In this document: positions 19,165 through 27,530 of the stretch, in pieces
How the letters are laid out: each line of letters begins with the position of its first letter
How positions within the stretch are numbered: the first letter of the stretch is position 1
Virus record (IMG/VR): IMGVR_UViG_3300042922_000923
Span: 32,001-96,000 of that record
Origin: a virus
DNA: 64,000 nt
Reading direction: 5' to 3' (one strand)
Made by a program: the position numbers and the translations under genes
The notes under the pieces: generated by a model
Told to the model about the DNA's origin: nothing
Database searches by the model: none
The model's input: only the letters and a program-made list of their open reading frames with translations

Positions 19165-19421
19165 TTAGTATCTTCTTGAATAGATACTCTTACATGCTCA
19201 CAATTATTTTCATGTAAATATTCTATATATTTACTTAATGCGCTAGGCTTATGTGAATCATACTGTTCTATTAGATCATGAACTAACTCTAGTTTTCCTT
19301 GTTGTCTATAAAAATCATTTCCTTCGCATCCACTAAAATCCTCTAGATGTTCCTCAAGTTTCTTTAATTCATTAACATGGATTACACCATCATAATTTAC
19401 ATGTGTACCAAAATCTTTCAT
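19092..19421 (-). CDS. Hypothetical protein
   Basis: 109 aa, AAGGAGG RBS. Confidence 0.7.
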   Translation of the reverse strand: MKDFGTHVNYDGVIHVNELKKLEEHLEDFSGCEGNDFYRQQGKLELVHDLIEQYDSHKPSALSKYIEYLHENNCEHVRVSIQEDTKWGKAAIENAGKLIVIDYKKGKWE

Positions 19422-19687
19422 TACTTATCCTCCTTTGACAGTTCATATATAGAATATCCCCAAGCAAGTTCATCATTTAATACGCTTAAAACTATATAAT
19501 ATGTTACTCTATTTTTCCATATATTTTTGTAAACTCCATATTTTTCAGCGTTATTAATTAGTACAGCTGTGTCTCCTAGATTAAAGTTACCTGAAATTCC
19601 TATTTCCTCTTTCAATAGTTCTAGTGCTTCCTCTGACTCCATTACCTTATTAATTTTAGTTTCTGTTAATACTTTTATTTTTTCCAT
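19421..19687 (-). CDS. Hypothetical protein
   Basis: Start refined to MEKIK by GGGAGG RBS. Confidence 0.65.
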   Translation of the reverse strand: MEKIKVLTETKINKVMESEEALELLKEEIGISGNFNLGDTAVLINNAEKYGVYKNIWKNRVTYYIVLSVLNDELAWGYSIYELSKEDK

Positions 19688-19748
19688 ATAAAATACCTCC
19701 CTATGTATACTAAATTTTATGCAGTGCTTATGGTGCACTGCAACCTAA

Positions 19749-20411
19749 TTAATGTGCATATACCAAAGTTCTTAGGTGTAACTTCTGTACATTGTATCCA
19801 CCTGCAAGTATAGTAGAAATATTTACAGATCCTTTATCTCCTTTAAATGATCCATCAAAACCTCTGTTTCCATTTGTTCTTAAGTGTGCTACAGATTCTA
19901 CATTTCCAATATTATCTTTTAATATAAACATAAGCTCTTTATACATGCAATCGTACATTTCATTGATTTGCTTTAAAGTTAATTTTATTGTTACAGACTT
20001 TCCTTTTGGACCAGCTACTAGTATTTCTCCACCTAACTTTATGAATTCTTGTTTGTTTTTATCTATTGCATCTAGTAAAACTTTAAGGTTTGGTTCATTA
20101 TCTTTACAATACTTTTTAAACATTGCTTCATCTAGTCCTTCTTTTTCCTTCTGTTCTAATATAGGTTTTAGAAGCGCTAAGTCTGCTAGATCATCTCTTA
20201 TGTCCTTTGTTCTGTCTTTAATTTTATTTCCTAATGCATATAATCTTTCACCATAATATTTATCATTTTCACTAAGTGATTTTAAATCTTCTATAGCTTT
20301 AGCTAAGTCTTCCTTGATATTTTCTAGCACCCTTTCTCTTTCTGATATATATCCTCTTAATTCTCCTAATGTTTTGCTTCCCCAGTATTTTTTAAATTCA
20401 GTCTTTGTCAT
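19749..20411 (-). CDS. Coiled-coil hypothetical protein
   Basis: 220 aa; C-terminal TILAGGYNVQKLHLRTLV motif. Confidence 0.75.
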   Translation of the reverse strand: MTKTEFKKYWGSKTLGELRGYISERERVLENIKEDLAKAIEDLKSLSENDKYYGERLYALGNKIKDRTKDIRDDLADLALLKPILEQKEKEGLDEAMFKKYCKDNEPNLKVLLDAIDKNKQEFIKLGGEILVAGPKGKSVTIKLTLKQINEMYDCMYKELMFILKDNIGNVESVAHLRTNGNRGFDGSFKGDKGSVNISTILAGGYNVQKLHLRTLVYAH

Positions 20412-20474
20412 AGTTATTTCTCACCTCTCTACTTTAATTTGTAGTTTTAAGGTGAAACTACAAAACCTATTTAG

Positions 20475-20771
20475 TTAACCTATTAGAGAATCCAGTGTAT
20501 TTCTCTGATTTGCATACTTTTTAATTACTTCCACATATTTCCATTCAGCTTTATAGTTATAACAGCCTCTATCAGAAGTTACACTATCTAGAGCACCTTG
20601 TAGCTCTTCAAGTTGAGTTAGTACTTTGTCCTCTACCTCTTTATATTCTTCATACTTACCTTCCATAAACAAGTCATATAACTCAACTTCCTTTTTATAC
20701 ATGAGCTTTTCCCTCATTCTCTCTGCTTGTGCTATAACGTCATGCTTAATGTAGTATAGTTTAGCTTTCAT
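20475..20771 (-). CDS. Hypothetical early protein
   Basis: AAGGAG RBS; first gene after strong sigma-A promoter. Confidence 0.65.
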   Translation of the reverse strand: MKAKLYYIKHDVIAQAERMREKLMYKKEVELYDLFMEGKYEEYKEVEDKVLTQLEELQGALDSVTSDRGCYNYKAEWKYVEVIKKYANQRNTLDSLIG

Positions 20772-20813
20772 ATTCTCTATCTCCTTTCCCATTCCGTTCC
20801 CTTTGATGATTTT

Positions 20814-20842
20814 ATTATATACCGTATCGGCATATTTGTAAA
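20814..20842 (-). promoter_or_regulatory. Sigma-A type early promoter
   Basis: TTTACA-17 bp-TATAAT with imperfect palindrome TGCCGATACGGTA in spacer. Confidence 0.75.
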
Positions 20843-20885
20843 TACCTTTTTAGAAGATATTTCAATTAATTTTAAAGTACTAAAT

Positions 20886-20957
20886 AGAGCGTACACGCTC
20901 TTGAAACTATAAAGGATAAATTACACCTTAAACTAATTTCAAGAGCGTGTACGCTCT
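20886..20957. repeat. Perfect 21-bp inverted repeat, each arm carrying a 16-bp palindrome
   Basis: AGAGCGTACACGCTCTTGAAA 20886-20906 / TTTCAAGAGCGTGTACGCTCT 20937-20957. Confidence 0.85.
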
Positions 20958-21003
20958 GTCTGGTTATCTGTATTCAATATACAGCCTATAATTATTAACT
21001 ATT

Positions 21004-21279
21004 TTATTTAATAACTAGTTCCCTTCCACACTTAGGACACACTTTTACAGGATATATAAGTCTAACTCCCTTTCCTTTATCATCTATAGTATTACTTAGC
21101 TCAATAAACACTGTTCTTTGTTTCATTGTACCTTCTTTATCAAACCATAGCGTAGCTTCAATAGCCTGTTCGCCCTCCCATATATTGACCTTATCCGTTT
21201 TTCCTAATGACACTCCATTAGACTTATACTTCTTCATTCTTTCCTTTGCAGTATCTAAATCACAACATAAATTACACAT
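21004..21279 (-). CDS. Zinc-ribbon hypothetical protein
   Basis: CNLC ... CPKCGREL. Confidence 0.65.
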   Translation of the reverse strand: MCNLCCDLDTAKERMKKYKSNGVSLGKTDKVNIWEGEQAIEATLWFDKEGTMKQRTVFIELSNTIDDKGKGVRLIYPVKVCPKCGRELVIK

Positions 21280-21296
21280 ATTATTTTCCTTTCTAT

Positions 21297-21623
21297 TTAT
21301 TCTAAATATTCTTTTAGTAGATCCTTTATCTTATCTAAATTTTCTTTACTTACATTTTCCCATTTATCAAATTTTCTAAGCTTTGTACATAAACTGTTAT
21401 ACTGTTGTTCACGATTATACTGGTCTATATCAAGTATTAAGAATGAAGAAAAGCCAACTCCCTCATGTTCACGTAAATTTTCTATTTCAAATCTAGCTCT
21501 ACTACCATCTACTGTTACATATTTTCTTCCAACTAAAGTAACTATAGTTTCGGTAATTCCACCTCTATATCTCCATAACCAAATTTTTTGGCCCTTTTTA
21601 ATAGTATTTTTCAATATGTTCAA
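21297..21623 (-). CDS. Hypothetical protein (SH3-like beta domain)
   Basis: VTLVGRKYVTV motif. Confidence 0.65.
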   Translation of the reverse strand: MNILKNTIKKGQKIWLWRYRGGITETIVTLVGRKYVTVDGSRARFEIENLREHEGVGFSSFLILDIDQYNREQQYNSLCTKLRKFDKWENVSKENLDKIKDLLKEYLE

Positions 21624-21627
21624 CTCC

Positions 21628-21924
21628 TTATAAATAAACTAATACAAAACTTATTGCCGCTAAAATTAGAGCAAATACTAAATTATACCTAGCATCTCTG
21701 TCTTTAATTAGCATAGTTACATTATCAACTATACTTATTAGTGGTAATACTAGTATAGAAAGTACAAATACTAAGCCTTTATACTTGAAAATTCCACCTT
21801 CTCTTTTTAAGTACCTTTTATACTGGTCCTCAAAAGAATCAATTTCATGTCTAATATACAAATTTGATACCAGTAAATACATCATCATCAATATTGTTAT
21901 AATCAAATACTTAATGTTAATCAC
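21628..21924 (-). CDS. Membrane protein
   Basis: Three hydrophobic helices. Confidence 0.6.
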   Translation of the reverse strand: MINIKYLIITILMMMYLLVSNLYIRHEIDSFEDQYKRYLKREGGIFKYKGLVFVLSILVLPLISIVDNVTMLIKDRDARYNLVFALILAAISFVLVYL

Positions 21925-21939
21925 CTTCTTACTTTACTA

Positions 21940-22233
21940 CTAACCTTTATTTAATTTCTGATTATTTAGCTTATTTTCAAACATTTCTATGAAATGTCTT
22001 TGGCTATCTCCACCAGCAACTAAAAATAAACCATTGTTCTCATACATCATATAAAGCTTTTGACCAGTTATTTTATTTGTTAATGCGTATTCTTTTCCAT
22101 CTTTGCTAACACTATAGAGTTCTTCTGTATACCTTCCATTATTAGCAAAACATTTCTTGCCTTGATAGGTTTTTACATCTATTAATTTAATTTCATATCC
22201 CTGTCCTTCAAGAAACTTCTTAATTTTATTCAT
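21940..22233 (-). CDS. Hypothetical protein
   Basis: 97 aa with RBS. Confidence 0.65.
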   Translation of the reverse strand: MNKIKKFLEGQGYEIKLIDVKTYQGKKCFANNGRYTEELYSVSKDGKEYALTNKITGQKLYMMYENNGLFLVAGGDSQRHFIEMFENKLNNQKLNKG

Positions 22234-22248
22234 GTATTCACCTTCTCA

Positions 22249-22560
22249 CTAATTACTCGAGTGTAAATGCTTCTTTTTATACTTCAAAAATGCATTAAAT
22301 ACTTCAGGGCCAAGTTCTTCAAACATTAACTTTAAGCTGCAATGATAGTAGCTAGTAAATAATCCACTATACTTTGTATAGAGAATATCCATGCCTCTTA
22401 TATTTTTAAATATATCTTCTTCACATTTTCTAGGAAAAGAGTTTAAAAATACTGTTATTGCAAAAACTCTATTTTCCTTTACTTTCCAAAACCCATTAGG
22501 TACAGCTCTTCTTTTTCTTAGTGTTAGTTCATTAATAATTTTTAGTGCTTCTTCTTCCAT
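22249..22560 (-). CDS. Hypothetical protein, DUF4046-like repeat unit
   Basis: VPNGFWKVKENRVFAI. Confidence 0.5.
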   Translation of the reverse strand: MEEEALKIINELTLRKRRAVPNGFWKVKENRVFAITVFLNSFPRKCEEDIFKNIRGMDILYTKYSGLFTSYYHCSLKLMFEELGPEVFNAFLKYKKKHLHSSN

Positions 22561-22561
22561 T

Positions 22562-22762
22562 CTAATTCTCCTTTGACATGTTCATTAAAACAAGTATTAA
22601 TTGTCTTTCATCAGCTATTACTTCTTCTTTTACACCTTTTTCTGATTTATCTGCTTTTTCCTGTAGAAATTTTGTAGGTTTACTTTCCTTTCCAAAAAAT
22701 AGAGAGCTTAGTGCTATCCAATTTTCTAGTGTGCTATCTTGTCCTGTAGATAATTTTACCAC
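22562..22762 (-). CDS. Hypothetical protein
   Basis: 66 aa, AAGGGGG RBS. Confidence 0.6.
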   Translation of the reverse strand: MVKLSTGQDSTLENWIALSSLFFGKESKPTKFLQEKADKSEKGVKEEVIADERQLILVLMNMSKEN

Positions 22763-22775
22763 TTTATATTCCCCC

Positions 22776-23699
22776 TTATATTAAACTCCAGATAACTCCA
22801 GTATTTTTAAGTTGTTCTAAGTAATCGTAGAATCCAATATCAAGCTTATTTCTTGAAATTGTAATTATAGCTACTTCAATTAAACTTATAGCTTGAGCTT
22901 CTGTTAGGTCTATTCCAGTTACAACAGACATTCTATCTATTTCTTCTTTAGTTGGAGTATACAATATATCACAGATATCTTCATTTAACATTTCAGAACA
23001 TTTTACATTTAATGTTAATGCAACAACTTTCTTTAGATCCTTGTGTTCCTCAATCTCAATATTTGTTAAATCTGTATATTCAGTGATTTCTTTAATAGAC
23101 TTTTGAAGTAAACTTCTCTTAAATTCATAGTAGTCAGGGTATGATGTAGGAGAAAATCCTAGTCTTTCCTTAAGTTCCTCTAATTTAAATTTTCTTCCTC
23201 CTTGTGCTACGCTATCTTTTAGTAGCTCATATAGCCTGAAAGAAGGTGTTTTCTTAAATTTTAGTACAGCATTATATCTGTATTTTCCATAAAGTTCCTT
23301 TAGTGCTAGTAAGTCTACTATAATATCTGGATTAAACATTATATCTATACATCTTTCCTTAGTGTTGTATTTAAATGCACCTATTCTAGTCTCTTTATAT
23401 AATCCATTATCTTGAAGTTTCAGTATCTCCTTAGAATCTAATGTACCTGCTGCATCCTTTAAAAGAATATAGAGGTTATTGCTGTTAACATTATATTGAT
23501 TTTTAAAATCAAGTACAGAGACTTTTACTACATCAAAATTGTGTTCTTTGTATGCATTCCTAATTTCAGACGTTTTTATATTTAATTTCATGTAGATAGG
23601 TCTGAGTCTACTACATGCTAAATAAATAATTCTTTGCTCAGTAAGTGATAAGCTATAATTGCTGTCTATAAGAGTATTTATTCTATTCATATATCTCAC
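22776..23699 (-). CDS. Plasmid replication initiator, Rep_3/RepB family
   Basis: NTLIDSNYSLSLTEQRII, SFRLYELLK, LEELKERLG...YYEFKR..L..SIKEI..YTDL. Confidence 0.8.
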   Translation of the reverse strand: MRYMNRINTLIDSNYSLSLTEQRIIYLACSRLRPIYMKLNIKTSEIRNAYKEHNFDVVKVSVLDFKNQYNVNSNNLYILLKDAAGTLDSKEILKLQDNGLYKETRIGAFKYNTKERCIDIMFNPDIIVDLLALKELYGKYRYNAVLKFKKTPSFRLYELLKDSVAQGGRKFKLEELKERLGFSPTSYPDYYEFKRSLLQKSIKEITEYTDLTNIEIEEHKDLKKVVALTLNVKCSEMLNEDICDILYTPTKEEIDRMSVVTGIDLTEAQAISLIEVAIITISRNKLDIGFYDYLEQLKNTGVIWSLI

Positions 23700-23731
23700 T
23701 CCAATTTCTTAATAGGTTATTTCATAATTAA

Positions 23732-23760
23732 ATATTAATACTTTATATTAACATTGTCAA
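23732..23760 (-). promoter_or_regulatory. Sigma-A type promoter for Rep_3 gene
   Basis: TTGACA-17 bp-TAATAT. Confidence 0.6.
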
Positions 23761-23794
23761 TACCAAAATTGCACGTAACTAATTCAAATTATAT

Positions 23795-23851
23795 TTCTAT
23801 GTGGAATAATAAATAATAATTCTAATTTTTTTAACTTATGCAATTATAGGG
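23795..23851 (+). promoter_or_regulatory. Phage-specific promoter-like motif at start of plus-strand block
   Basis: TTCTATGTGG-11-ATAATT...TTATAGG. Confidence 0.55.
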
Positions 23852-23864
23852 AGGTGATTTTATT

Positions 23865-24290
23865 ATGAGAAAAATTACCAACGTAATAATCGCTGGTACA
23901 AGAACATTTACAGACTACAAATTAGTATGCACTGTTATGAATGTTATTAGACAGAAGTATGGAGATATACAAATAATTGTAGGTGGTTGCAAGGGTGCAG
24001 ATAAATGTGGAGAACTTTATGCTATAGAAAATAAGATTCCTTACAAAGTTTATAATGCAGAATGGAAGAAATACGGAAAAAGAGCTGGACCACTTAGGAA
24101 TGAAAAAATGAGTAAAGTAGGAAATGTTTTAGTCTTATTCTGGGATTACGAATCAAGTGGATCAGAAGACATGTTGCATTTAGCTGTTAGAGAAGAATTG
24201 GATCTATATGTAATGCTTTATAGAACTAATGAATTTTATGCAGGAAAGAATGTTATAGACAAAGTTTATAATAATATACTTCCATTTTAG
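23865..24290 (+). CDS. SLOG/YspA-like (DUF2493) protein
   Basis: VIIAGTR.F.DY, GGCKGAD, W.KYGKRAGPLRN..M, FWD..S.GS. Confidence 0.85.
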   Translation: MRKITNVIIAGTRTFTDYKLVCTVMNVIRQKYGDIQIIVGGCKGADKCGELYAIENKIPYKVYNAEWKKYGKRAGPLRNEKMSKVGNVLVLFWDYESSGSEDMLHLAVREELDLYVMLYRTNEFYAGKNVIDKVYNNILPF

Positions 24291-24306
24291 AAAGGTATGA
24301 TCGTAC

Positions 24307-25029
24307 GTGTATAATAAAAATATTTTTAGTGACAACGAATGCTCTGTATCTGTGAATGGAGAGTATATAGGTAAGGCTACATTAAAAAGTTCTAAGATAA
24401 ATAATGAGTCAGCTTCAGATGATGATAAAGAAAATAAAATACAAAAAAGATGTGTTGGCTGTGCTTATCCAGCAAGTATTAAATTAACAGATATGCTAAT
24501 AGATCAGTTATCTGTGCCTAGTTATACTGAGAAACTAGCAGAAGTTAAGAATACCCTTAGGGTACTTACTGGTAAAGACTTTGAGATCTATTACACTAAC
24601 TTAGGTAAAATATTGCAGGAAATCACTAATTATGCTCATGAGCATAATCAAATTCCTAAAAATGAAATACTAGTAGCAGGTTTATGTGATAGTCCTGATG
24701 ATTCTAATAATATAATATTTTTTGGAAGAATGAACATGGATATCTTTAATGGTGTTGATATTTCAGGTAGTGATCCTCAATTTAGAGTTATTTCTAGAAT
24801 GCATAGTGCTTTAGGAGCTACTGAGTATTCTCCATTTAAAGGATCTTTTTCTATAGAATTTAAAAATACTGTAGACACCATAGAAGATTTGATAAAGGAG
24901 ACAATAATAGGTTCAGACTGTATTTCGTCATTTAAGGGAAACAAGCTAGACAACTCTGAGAAACGTGGTAAAAAAGGAAAAAAGATTAGGAACTGGGAAA
25001 AGAAGTGCTTTTGGCAGAAAGGGAGATAA
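24307..25029 (+). CDS. Hypothetical protein
   Basis: 240 aa ORF. Confidence 0.65.
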   Translation: MYNKNIFSDNECSVSVNGEYIGKATLKSSKINNESASDDDKENKIQKRCVGCAYPASIKLTDMLIDQLSVPSYTEKLAEVKNTLRVLTGKDFEIYYTNLGKILQEITNYAHEHNQIPKNEILVAGLCDSPDDSNNIIFFGRMNMDIFNGVDISGSDPQFRVISRMHSALGATEYSPFKGSFSIEFKNTVDTIEDLIKETIIGSDCISSFKGNKLDNSEKRGKKGKKIRNWEKKCFWQKGR

Positions 25030-25031
25030 CA

Positions 25032-26162
25032 ATGGAAATAGGATTTTTAGGAGATATACATTTTGCAGAATATAAAGACTTTAGTACAGATGTACTTGTG
25101 GAATGGGATTCTGTTAACTTAAAATATATAAAATCAGATATTGGTAAAAAAATGAACTCAAGGCTTCTCGATATTGCTAACGCAATGATAGAAGCTAGAG
25201 ATTACTTTATTGCTAATGAAATTAAATTAGTTATTATAACTGGTGATATTTCTCATAATAGAGGTGCGGTACCTACTATTGTTCAGAATGTAGAGTACAA
25301 CATACTTGAGAGCTATAAGCATTCTGGAATTGAAGTTATAATTAATCCTGGTAATCATGACCAGGTATCAAATGAGGATTTTCCAGAAAATAGCTTAACT
25401 CCATTTAGAAATATTGCAACAATTATTGAGAAGCCTACAATACTGCTTAGAAATAACATTAATATTCTATTTGTTCCATTTTCAGCTAATAAAAGTATAG
25501 TAATGGATGCTATCAACGATTTTAATCCAAAATCTACTTTTGATTCAAATATTATAGTAGCTCATTTAGGTGTTTCTGGAGGTTTTACCGGAAAAAATTC
25601 ATATGTACTAACAGATCAATATGAACCTGAGGAACTAAGATACTTAGATGAAGACATTGATTTGATAGCTTTAGGCCATTATCATAAGCCTCAGTTAGTT
25701 GAGGGAACTTTGAATAAAGTAATATATACTGGTTCCCCTGTTCCAGTTAGCTTCAATGAAGAGGGAGAAGAACATGGATTATGGATATTTGATACAAGTA
25801 CTAAAGCAATGTATATGCATCCTCTTAAGTCTCCAAAGTTTATTACTCTAAATAAGGAAAACTATTCTGACTTTTCTACTGAGGATTTGAAAGGAAACTT
25901 TGTTAGGATTGTAGGTAACTTAGAAGAAGTTGCAGACATTAATGCAGCAGTTACTATAGATCCTGAAGATAAGAATATAGAAAATAATATGATTAGGATA
26001 GAGACTCAAAAGGAATATGAAGCTGAACATAGAAGTGATATAAATCCTGAAATGAGTTATGCAGAATCTGTATTTAAATATGCTGAGGAAAATGATTTTA
26101 CTGAGGAACAAGTAGCAACTGGAATTGAAATATTAAATTCTGTCTTAGAAAACTATAATTAA
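25032..26162 (+). CDS. sbcD: SbcD/Mre11-like metallophosphoesterase nuclease
   Basis: GDIH, TGD, GNHD, AHLG, LGHYH, YTGSP. Confidence 0.92.
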   Translation: MEIGFLGDIHFAEYKDFSTDVLVEWDSVNLKYIKSDIGKKMNSRLLDIANAMIEARDYFIANEIKLVIITGDISHNRGAVPTIVQNVEYNILESYKHSGIEVIINPGNHDQVSNEDFPENSLTPFRNIATIIEKPTILLRNNINILFVPFSANKSIVMDAINDFNPKSTFDSNIIVAHLGVSGGFTGKNSYVLTDQYEPEELRYLDEDIDLIALGHYHKPQLVEGTLNKVIYTGSPVPVSFNEEGEEHGLWIFDTSTKAMYMHPLKSPKFITLNKENYSDFSTEDLKGNFVRIVGNLEEVADINAAVTIDPEDKNIENNMIRIETQKEYEAEHRSDINPEMSYAESVFKYAEENDFTEEQVATGIEILNSVLENYN

Positions 26163-26169
26163 AATAAGT

Positions 26170-26218
26170 AAAACTGTGGATAAGTCCAATGTTAGGACCA
26201 GTTATCCACAGTTTTTTT
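26170..26218. promoter_or_regulatory. Inverted pair of perfect DnaA boxes forming a terminator-like hairpin
   Basis: TGTGGATAA 26175-26183 and TTATCCACA 26202-26210 followed by T run. Confidence 0.75.
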
Positions 26219-26249
26219 AATAAAATTTAGAAAAACATTAAAATTATTC

Positions 26250-26278
26250 TTGAAAATTATTTAGTTTGAATGTAATAT
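26250..26278 (+). promoter_or_regulatory. Sigma-A promoter for rep leader
   Basis: TTGAAA-17 bp-TAATAT. Confidence 0.6.
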
Positions 26279-26346
26279 ATAATTAAAAGTTGTACAAGAA
26301 TACTTAATAAAATAATATGTTTATTTTAAAATATAAAAAAGTCTAT

Positions 26347-26435
26347 AAAAAAAAAGTAATAAGAATTTGTTAGTTTTGGCCGACTGCTCATTCTTATTAC
26401 TTCCAAGGAGATTTGCCAATCTCTTTATTAACTAT
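26347..26435 (-). ncRNA. Antisense countertranscript RNA (copy-control type, ~90 nt)
   Basis: Minus-strand TTTACA(26465-70)-17-TATAAT(26442-47); hairpins 26408-26423 and 26354-26402 followed by U9. Confidence 0.7.
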
Positions 26436-26483
26436 ACCCTTATTATAGAGTATAAAAGTATGTTTGTAAAGAGTTTTAATAAT

Positions 26484-26530
26484 AAATCCTCCTTATTCCT
26501 AAATTTTTTTATGGATTTAAAGGAGGATTT
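26484..26530 (+). promoter_or_regulatory. RBS-sequestering hairpin of rep gene
   Basis: AAATCCTCCTT 26484-26494 complementary to AAGGAGGATTT 26520-26530; ATG at 26534. Confidence 0.75.
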
Positions 26531-26533
26531 TTC

Positions 26534-27382
26534 ATGCCAATTTATAAGCCACAATTTGAAGACAAGTTAAACGAGTATCAATTTAATAAATTAAATTTAA
26601 TTGATAACCTAGATCTTAGAGGTAGCTTAATATCTATTCTGTCATATATGATGATAATTAATGATCGTAAAAATGACCAGTATAATGAACATCAACTAGA
26701 CTTCCTTAAAAAAAATTCTAATGAATTAAAAATATCCTTTAGCGAATTTAGAAAGCTATACGTTAAAAATCATAAAAAACTAAGCCTGACTACAGTAAAG
26801 GAAAGAATCTATAAACTATCTGAACTAGGTTTACTAAAGATATCTAAAGTTAATAACATTAATAGCTACACATTTATTACTGAAAAGTCTGAAATTCCGA
26901 CTACTAAAAATTGCACTGCATCCACTGAAAATACTAGATTAGAGCTAAATGAAGATTTCTGTTCATTTGTGGATAATATTAATAAAGACTTAGACTCTAA
27001 TAATCCTGAAGGATTTGATTACGAAAATTATATTGATTCTGAGCAAAAGGTTAGTGACTGGGATCTAGTATGCAAAAAGACACAGGATATCTTTAAGATG
27101 CTTAAGGTTAAAAATGCGTGGATAAAAGAAACAGTCATAGCAAAATTATCTAAATACTACTCAAACGTGACATTTAAGCACTTAGATAAATATATATGTA
27201 CCATGATAACCAATGCCAGACAGCAATATTATAATAACTATAACAAACTTGTTAAGAATGCAGTTGCAGCTCCCCCACTTAATTTTGTTAATTTTGAGCC
27301 TAGAAATTATGATTACGATGCACTTGAAGAGCGCTTATTAGGCTGGAGTTCGGATAAAGACCTTGTGTTGCCTATAAAATAA
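26534..27382 (+). CDS. Putative plasmid-type replication initiator (wHTH)
   Basis: HTH LSLTTVKERIYKLSELGLL; C-terminal NFVNFEPRNYDYDALEERLLGW tail as in clostridial Rep proteins; internal DnaA box 26968-26976; control elements upstream. Confidence 0.7.
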   Translation: MPIYKPQFEDKLNEYQFNKLNLIDNLDLRGSLISILSYMMIINDRKNDQYNEHQLDFLKKNSNELKISFSEFRKLYVKNHKKLSLTTVKERIYKLSELGLLKISKVNNINSYTFITEKSEIPTTKNCTASTENTRLELNEDFCSFVDNINKDLDSNNPEGFDYENYIDSEQKVSDWDLVCKKTQDIFKMLKVKNAWIKETVIAKLSKYYSNVTFKHLDKYICTMITNARQQYYNNYNKLVKNAVAAPPLNFVNFEPRNYDYDALEERLLGWSSDKDLVLPIK

Positions 27383-27462
27383 AATACTTAATAAAAGTTA
27401 TGTAAACTAAACTATTGTTATGGACAGATTGTGGATGCTTCTAATTTGTTCTATAAATTAGT

Positions 27463-27520
27463 CTCTATGTGGAGATTCTTGAATTAATTATCGTGCAACA
27501 CTCTTTTTTAATATTAAAGG
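27463..27520 (+). promoter_or_regulatory. Phage-specific promoter-like motif upstream of sbcC
   Basis: CTCTATGTGG-11-TTAATT...TTTTTTAATATTAAAGG. Confidence 0.55.
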
Positions 27521-27530
27521 AGGCTTACGT

